Of a DNA stretch of 64,000 nucleotides, positions 56,884-64,000 are shown in pieces. How positions within the stretch are numbered: position 1 is the first letter of the stretch; each line of letters opens with the position of its first letter. The DNA is taken from contig CAWBPO010000001.1 in the NCBI GenBank assembly GCA_963790795.1, forward strand, positions 396,073 through 460,072, read 5' to 3'. The position numbers were made by a program, and so were the translations under genes. Source of the DNA: an uncultured bacterium (GTDB lineage: Bacteria; Patescibacteriota; Minisyncoccia; Minisyncoccales; RBG-13-42-11). Under the pieces are notes generated by a model that was given only the letters and a program-made list of their open reading frames with translations, was not told the DNA's origin and did not search any database.

Positions 56884-59513
56884 TTCAGGAATTGCATTGT
56901 TCTCACACTGACAAGTATCTAAATTACAAACATCAGCAGTATTTGGATTTTGGTCATCACAATCTGCATCGCTTTCACAATCGCCACATTGATTATCACA
57001 AGTATGAGTTATTGTTTCATCTCCTGTTGAACATATACCATTTGGTTCCTGACATTCAGAGATAAATGAATCTCTGTAATCCCATGTGTAGGGATTACAA
57101 TCTGGATCATAACCACACGTAGTTACTCCAAAGATATTATTACTTGAACAATCTACTAGCGTACCCGGGACACATTGGGCTGTACTACAAGTCTCTTGAC
57201 CATTACAAGCTAAACCATCATTACAGTCCTGAACAACTGTAGTATTTGCAACACACGCATAATTAGTACATACTCCTTCGTCGTGTTTTATTGCAGTTCC
57301 ATCACAGTAATCTTGGTTTAATTTATTACAATCATCATCTGTCTGACATTCTGTACAGGCGGAAGCATTATAAGATATTTCTGGTTCTCCGCAGGAATTA
57401 TTTGTACAAGTACAATCTTCTAGGCAAGTATTACTTACATCGCTGTAAGTGTAGTAATCATTACCCTGACAACCGTTTTGCGTATGGCAAATTGTGTCTG
57501 CGCACAAATGTGTTGCATCACATTGAGCTCCACATTGACCTACGTCGCAAGTGTGAGTTATTGTTTCATCACCAGTGGTACAACTATCGGTGTCTTCGTT
57601 ACATTGACTTTCAAAGATGTTTCTGAAATCCCAAGTAAAGTTGCAATTATCAGGATCATTTAGGCAGGTTGCTATGTCGTTAATATTATTACTTGAACAA
57701 CTTACCGGCGTTCCATCAACGCAAGCACCGCCGACACATGTTTCTTGGCCGTTACAATATAAATAATCGTCACAATCTAAATCGGTGGCACATTCTGGCA
57801 CAGGTGAATTATAGAAAATGCAAGATATGATATTATCAGTTCCAACCTGGACTCCCGTCACGCCATTCTGCGTCGGACTGCCACTGTTAGTGACGCCGCT
57901 ACAGCTAGCGTCAATAAAATAGTAACCACTAACGGTTCCAGTTTCAATAACATCGTAAGTGCCGTTTGACAGTTCTACGGCTGCAGTCTGTCCGTAAATG
58001 TCCGTTATCTCGCCGCTGTAAGTGCCGATGTTAAAAGTCCAGCCAAGTCCGCCGTTAGTCTGATCACCGGTCGTTTGTAAACTGCCATCAGCATCAATTA
58101 TCTTAGTCACAGTAATCGTACCTCCGCAGAGCTGGGTCGCTAATCCTTGAAGTGCAGTGGCTAATTCTCCAAAATTAGCAACGCTGTAATATGCATCTGC
58201 GCTGGAAATAGCTTGCAAATTAGCCGGTACCACATCAGAACCGATACCCAAAGTAATTATGCGGGTGCCGTAACCCTTAATAATGTTAGCTTGGGCTATG
58301 GCTGCATTTAAAGACGCTTGATCAAATCCGTTACCAGGTCCTTGATTGGGATTATATTTATTAGGATTACCGTCAGAAGAAAAAATAATCAAATTTGGAA
58401 CTCATGTTTGCTGATCAAAAGTATTTTGAGATTTGATTAATCCACTTTCCAATTAGTATAGCCACCGCTTGCAATAGCAGAGCTGTCAATAGTAATTTTA
58501 ACCGCATTTGGATCGGAGGTAAATAACTGTCGTACCGTAGCCGTGGTGTCAAAATCTGTCACAGAAAACTGAGTCGGCGTTACCGACACAGTATCCACAA
58601 ATCCTTTGAAAGCGTTCTTCATCTGGGTAAGCTCGGTGCTACTAATACTACCAGAGCTATCCAAAACCAAAGCAACGTCTAAACCGCAGGATTGACCCAG
58701 TTGCGGATTTTGGATAGGTTCAGTGTAGTAGACTTTCGCTCGCAAATGATCCAAAGAGACCGTTGAGTTGTCGCATGAACCACTTGATACGTCATCATAA
58801 GAAACTCTGGCTACAAAGTTAGCATTAGTAAATTCGCCCGCTGACCAAGTTCTGCTCCACGTATCTGAATTACTACCCAATGTATAAACAACATCGCTTC
58901 CGCTCATACCGGCTGTTTTCATGCCAGTGTAAGTTGAACCGTTATTCCACGAAAGCGCCACTTCAATCCGGAAACCGCTCGTATCTGAAGATTTAGCTTC
59001 TGCAGTCACTTCAATACCATTAATTGTTGAGCTGACGGGAATAACAGGAAAGCCAAAGTTAGAATATCCTTGCTCAGCGCTTTCAGAATTCGCTGTCGCG
59101 TATTGATCGTTGCTAGAGAATGCGTTAGTCGCACTACTCCATCCGTTTGGAGAATGAGTGCTAGTGGGCGAATAAAATCCCGTATCTGCCGCAAAAGCTG
59201 TTTGCGGAGTCAACATTAAAATCGGCATTGCTATATAACCGACCATTGCCGCAATCATAAACCATGAGTTTGCGGTTTTTAAAACTTTGAATTTTTTTAC
59301 TTATCATATATTTTTTTTGTTAATTATCGTTGAACGACTATTCAACGTTAAATTAATAATACGATTAATTAAAACGATAAAAAAACCACCATTCTAATTT
59401 CCTTTTGAAAATTAGGATACTAGTTTTGAAAAATTACCTCCTATATAATCTTTCGCAACGTATAAACGTGTCTAATTCAAAATAACACACCGATAATCCT
59501 TGTCAAGTTTCTC

Positions 59514-60780
59514 CTATTTCCCCTTTATTCTTCCAACAAATAAAGAGACAAGGAACAAAACTATATCAACGATAATTAAAATCCAGCAGATATTACAGCA
59601 AAATAAACCTCCGCAACCTGAGCAACAGAAAATGCAGTAAATAGCAATTAAAATAGCTATAATTAAGGGTGCAATCCATTTTATTTTCTTTTTCTCATCT
59701 TTCCTTACTATTGATAACAAATACAAGGCAAGTAAAAGAATTATGACAATGAGTAAAGCCAAACAGAGATTATTCTGAAAATATTTTCTACACTTGTCAT
59801 TAATCCTTTAACTTCAGCTGGTATTGCTCCTTGCAAGGCTGCTTCTGTTTCTTCTCCAAGCACTCCGCTGCTTTCTGCTCCACCTGAAACACCTTCTGGC
59901 AAAGTGGTTGCTCCTGCCACTCCAGTTGTAGTGAAGTTAAGTTCCTGACTGATTGCCAAAGAACCACGTGATACACATCTGAAAAAATAAGTGGTTCCAG
60001 GAGTTAAACCGTAAATAGTAACTGAATGATTAACAACTTTAGAAGATGTATCAGTCTCTGGAGTTGCATGAGCATAGCCGTACAAAGGAGCATCATTGAA
60101 ATCGAAGATATGCGATTCTCCTGTTGCACTATAAATCACTTGGCTGGAAGCAGGATAAGGAATGTCGGTTGAACCAACCTTAGTTTTCCAGGTTATAGTG
60201 GCAAAGGTATCTCCACTGTTTAAGATTGTTTCTTCATAAATAACCAAATTAGTTCCTCCTCCAGCTCCAGCTCCTAAGGTTTGGCCTGGTCGAGGAATCG
60301 GCAAATCACCTTGAAAGCCAATTTGAATATCAAAACCCACTCTTTTTGTTTGATAAGGGTTATCAGTTAAAGGATCAAAATTAACTTCAAAATCGTATTG
60401 AGTTTGAGCTCCGTTAGCTAAATTAGAAAGATAGACTTCACCAGCTGCTAAGAATTCAGCTAATGTTCCGGTATATAGAGTATTAATTCCTTGTTTAATA
60501 TTTAAACTTAATTTAGAACCAAGATTATCAGGATCACTGATGTTTACTGCCTTAGTGGCAATCGGCATATCGTAACCCCTATTGTTCGTTGCTTTTACCC
60601 AGCGATTGATCGTGTCTCCTGGCATAATGTTTGATTCATTGAACAAAGGTGTTTGTTCAAACTGAACTGATAAATTAGCATTAGCAGAAGTTTCAGGCAC
60701 AGCAAAAAATCCCACACCGATTAATGCGATAGATACTGTTAAAATTTTATAATTATGGGGGTTTTAAATAATTTATTCAT
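59514..60780 (-). pseudogene. TasA/camelysin (peptidase M73)-like domain + fibronectin-III-like domain + Cys-rich TM anchor; two frame interruptions
   Basis: Signal peptide ...IALIGVGFFAVPETSANA. Family patterns NIMPGDTINRWVKATNNRG and DNPYQTKRVGFDIQIGFQ. Fn3-like ITWKT...VTIYGLTPGTTYFFRC. Shift in a C5 run at about 60750 and another at about 59750. Confidence 0.6.
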
Positions 60781-60781
60781 A

Positions 60782-63700
60782 TTATTGGCTTACACTTTCT
60801 TCTAAAATTGCTGCGCTTTCTAATTCTGCTGGAGCTGTACTGTCGCTAATAGCACTGTCAGTAGAATTACTAATTTCAGCTTCGCTACTTTTTGGAATAT
60901 CACCTTCAGGATTCTCGATTGTATTATCTTCAGGTACAGCAATTACTTCAGTTTCAGAGCCGGGGGATTTTCAATGGTTCAATAATTGGAATTTTTCTTC
61001 AATAATTGGTTGTTCTTCAATAACGGAGCTTCACGTTTCCTGGTTATTTCTTCGATTATTGGTTCTTCGATGGATGGTACAGTTTCCGGGAATATTTCTT
61101 CAACTATCCATCTATTATTTCGTTTAATATCTCATCAATTATTCCCTTCTTCTTGATATGGTTCGGGGATAACTTCTTCTTCAATAAGATATTCTTCTTC
61201 AATAATTTTTGGTTCCTCAAATTTCTTCCACATAAGGAACAACAAACATATTATTTGGTTTTCCTGGTGTTGGTTCTGGATCAACCCAGTTTTCCGTGCC
61301 GTCGGGTATGCGGGCAAAAGATTTATTTTCAGGAGCTCCGCCTGCGTAATCATAATCATGAAAATCAACTAATGTTCGGTTGAGATTTGGTCGTCATAGA
61401 GTCTTACGGTATCTGAAGTATTATCTAAATCAAAGTCAGCATCGCCGTCACGATAAACCACGAAATAGCCGCCAGCAGGAATAGTAGTTCCTCCGGTATT
61501 GGTATTGGCTGAAGTAATTAAAAGTTCATGAGTATTTTCTGCATCGTATAAAGCCCAGCCGTTAACATCTACTGTAGTATTTGTACCGTTATATAGTTCA
61601 ACCCATTCGCCGTCATGCGGCTCGCCAATATTTCCAGTTTCACCAGAAATAGAATAATAAACATTCGCCCTTAACCAATCTAGATTAGTTGTTGCTCCAC
61701 CAGTACAGGAATGAACACGAGCTCGGAAAGCAGAATTGATTTCTGCAAGCGTCCAAGCATGTTCCACAAATCGGAAGCTGTGCCCAAGGTGTAAGTTGTT
61801 TGAGCCCCTGTAAGCGTTTGTGTTTTTTCCGGACTTGTCCAACTCGTCCCACCATTCCAAGATAAATCTACACCAAGCTCACAAGCGGAACAGGGCTGTT
61901 CACTGGAAACTGAAACGCCGTCAATGCGGAAATTTTCATCTGAAGCGCTAACATCAGTATTCCTAAATCTGATACTGAAAGTAGAATTATTCAAACTAGC
62001 GGGTAAACCAATTGTTTGAAGCGAACTCCAAGAAGACGAATTTGTATCATTATCATCAAGTTCGTAACTTACAAGAGTTACAAGACCCGCAGGAGAATCG
62101 CATGAGCCTCCGGTATAATACTGAACGTCACCCACTTCTCCGTTTTCAGCATCGCTATCGCCTCTCCAATAATACTGTAAAAAAAGATTACTTAGTTCTG
62201 TGGCATTTACGGAACGACAAATCCACTCATTCTCACCAATAAAGGCAAATCTCTCGCCATCGGGGCTTGCACTATCATCCCCGCTTCCGGCTATTTGGGC
62301 ACGGGTTGAAGAATCGCCATCATCGCCTTGCTCTTCCCAATTAGGAATATCATTAGAATTACTACCACTTGTACCAAAATTATCAGACCAAATATTTGAT
62401 AAAGGTGCGGCTGACCATGCATCCGCGCTAACTTCAATTCCGTCGATCATCGCCGAACTTGGAATGTTGAATCCAAAATTATAATATTGGTGTTTATCGC
62501 TTTGATTATCCGTAGCCGGAGGACTACCACCGTCAGTATAAGCATTACCCGCATTATTCCACCCATCGCCAGTCCCAATTGCGTTAGCGGTTGGAGAAAT
62601 AACTCCTGTGTTGTAAGGACCAGCAGGAATTGTGTAATAAACCTTTATTTGTGCTTGGTCAACATATGTTGTACCACTACAATCGCCACCCGGATCAATA
62701 TCCTCTAAACGCATAACGAAATTCGCGTCGGAAAATTCTGTTATTAACCAAGAATGACCCCACAAATCACTAGAGGGAACCAAGTGTATATATAGTATCT
62801 GATCCGCTTAGATTTTGTTTTGTGTTGCGTAAGAAGAACCGTTATTCCAAGAAAGATTGACGCCCACTTGGCATCCGGGAAGGATCGGAGGAGCGTGTTT
62901 CAATCTGCACCTCCAAGCCATTAATTATAGCACTAGTAGGAATACCAAATCCGAAAATGGGAATAACCCTGCTGATCCTCGTCGTTATCGTTTACATAAC
63001 TATCATTGCTTGTTTGGATATTACCAACTGTTCTAGTATCCCAATCGTTTGGTGAGTGGATAGATGTAGGAACTTCAAATCCACTATCTCCACCAATTCC
63101 CGTATCCGGAACATTCGGGACGAATTCGTTGATTACCACCCGATTTAAATCTATAAATTGCGGACCGCAAGCGGCTTCCGAAGGAAGCGTACCATCGGTA
63201 CTTGTCGCCTCCCAAGTAATTGTTTGTCCGGCAATAACCCAATGAACATTTATGCTCATATGATCAACGGAAACGTATCTGAACCCTGCTGATCGTGCTC
63301 TGCCGCAAATACAGCACCGAAGTTAGTGCTTATTTATATCAGAAGGAGACCATGTGGTGCCCCAAGTATCACCAGATCCGCCATAAATTACAGGCGTTTC
63401 TGCGGTTCCCCATTGATCCCCAATCGCCTTGTCATCTCCCACTATTCCACTGTTTTCTCTTAACTTAACAATGTTATCTCTTACTTCGTCATAGTGAGTT
63501 ACTTTCCTTTCAACACGCAATTCTATACCGTAATGGTTGCTTCAGTGGATACATTAAAAGCAAAACCAGTTGTTTGGAGATAATCACTGTGTCCACTACT
63601 GCCAATATTTACTGTCGCATAGCTATCATCTGAATGCATACGTATTGGCAAGAGATGACCAACTAACGCCACTGCTGTTATCAACGTTCGCACTCGCGCT

Positions 63701-64000
63701 CGGTGACAAGAAGCCTGTATCTCCTAAACTTCCAGTTCGTTGTAACGTAAGCGTCTAAAACCGTTCGATTATCGCCAATATGTATGTTTCCGTTTACGGC
63801 AAATAAGACTGCGTCGCCAAGATTGCCGTTTAGAGCCGGTACCGTCAAGAATGTCAATCACGGTAGAGCCAGCTGGCGCATTGGAAACCAATAATATTGC
63901 TCCTTCAGTAGGACCGTCAGCGCCAGCGCCGTCAAACGTAACATTATCGGCAATAGTAATTGTTCCATCAACGATTATTGCCGCAAAATTATCGCCAAAA
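60782..64000 (-). pseudogene. 3' part of a giant surface protein (5' end outside window), many frame interruptions. Contains beta-helix-like repeats, at least 3 copies of the uncharacterised beta-domain, a lamin-tail domain and an acidic EEPII-type repeat tail
   Basis: LTD: EWVELYNGTNTTVDVNGWALYD...IPAGGYFVVYRDGDADFDLDNTSDTVRLYDD...SFARIPDGTENWVDPEPTPGKPN (needs a shift near 61380). Domain repeats have conserved NFGF..IP....I.GIEV, LSWNGG, YTLG...D.WG..W, KVYYT. Stop at 60782-60784, 1 nt before the next ATG. Confidence 0.6.

Larger units (their letters stand above)
55338..59307 (-). pseudogene. Giant secreted, membrane-anchored mosaic protein with interrupted frame. Domain order: signal peptide, uncharacterised beta-domain, VWA, Cna-B/SpaA-like, Cys-rich modules, DUF4215-type repeats, PG-binding domain, acidic linker, TM anchor
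   Basis: Domains: MIDAS DVALVLDSSGSIS with the rest of VWA ([10 protein letters not shown]) in the next ORF; [28 protein letters not shown] twice; [22 protein letters not shown] twice; PG_binding_1-like [16 protein letters not shown]; C-terminal WWVWLIIALVLIAGLIFW anchor. Disruptions: shifts near 59270, 58430 and 55515, plus an in-frame TGA at 58402-58404. Confidence 0.7.

Noticed and set aside
55908-57663. Plus-strand ORFs (55908-56240, 56248-56481, 56409-56657, 56673-57065, 57291-57626, 57478-57663) rich in His, Arg and Leu
   Set aside because: They are antisense shadows of the long Cys/Asp/Thr-rich minus-strand gene and show no start or RBS context. The same applies to most short antisense ORFs inside lysS, dnaK, dnaJ, pyrG, gltX, ftsW and others.
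58402-58404. Alternative genetic code (TGA read as Gly or Trp, as in some candidate phyla) to explain the in-frame TGA
   Set aside because: Well-supported genes terminate at TGA at sensible lengths (murF at 5452-5454, the small ORF at 16954-16956, the DUF134 gene at 44812-44814). No other conserved gene shows internal TGAs.
1-64000. CRISPR arrays, rRNA genes, classical IS transposases, prophage modules
   Set aside because: No regularly spaced direct repeats, no rRNA-like conserved stretches, and no DDE or HUH transposase-like or phage structural ORFs were seen. The only recombinase is the tyrosine recombinase at 20410-21357.

Overview
Low-GC, gene-dense bacterial chromosome segment. It resembles a small-genome, CPR/Patescibacteria-like organism: short spacers, ATGA-type overlapping starts and domain-minimised housekeeping proteins. 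That placement is inference from the sequence only; no database search was possible and product calls rest on motifs read in the ORF translations.

**Gene content**
- Plus-strand block, 1-19.7 kb: PBP fragment, lysS, serS, a membrane-anchored murF, DegT aminotransferase, FemAB, ftsQ, a CIRCE-controlled hrcA-grpE-dnaK-dnaJ operon, tRNA-Lys(UUU), S41 protease, rplI, pyrG, rpmA (minus), uppS and degV.
- Minus-strand block, 22-32 kb: gltX, murG, ftsW, murD, a PP-loop protein (candidate MurL), mraY, a D,D-carboxypeptidase and aspS.
- 32-55 kb: a two-component pair, murC, an AmmeMemoRadiSam-type cluster, fmt, efp, a DUF5320/DUF134 operon, a Trx-CcdA fusion, a MacAB-like exporter with an ECF sigma factor, a NYN protein and rarA.
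- 55.3-64 kb: a locus of giant secreted or anchored mosaic proteins.

**Observations most worth a second look**
1. A perfect palindrome, TGTTGAGG-N5-CCTCAACA, occurs five times. Three copies lie inside protein-coding genes, and a 22-nt variant breaks one reading frame.
2. A 2.07-kb segment is bracketed by a perfect 17-bp inverted repeat. It carries a tyrosine recombinase, a LAGLIDADG-like ORF and a roughly 275-nt non-coding unit with a consensus promoter and its own terminator.
3. The surface-protein locus contains an unrecognised repeated domain and many frame disruptions.
4. Reading-frame disruptions are patchy. None occur in the first 32 kb, but they cluster in a few genes further on.

No rRNA gene, CRISPR array or classical transposase was seen.
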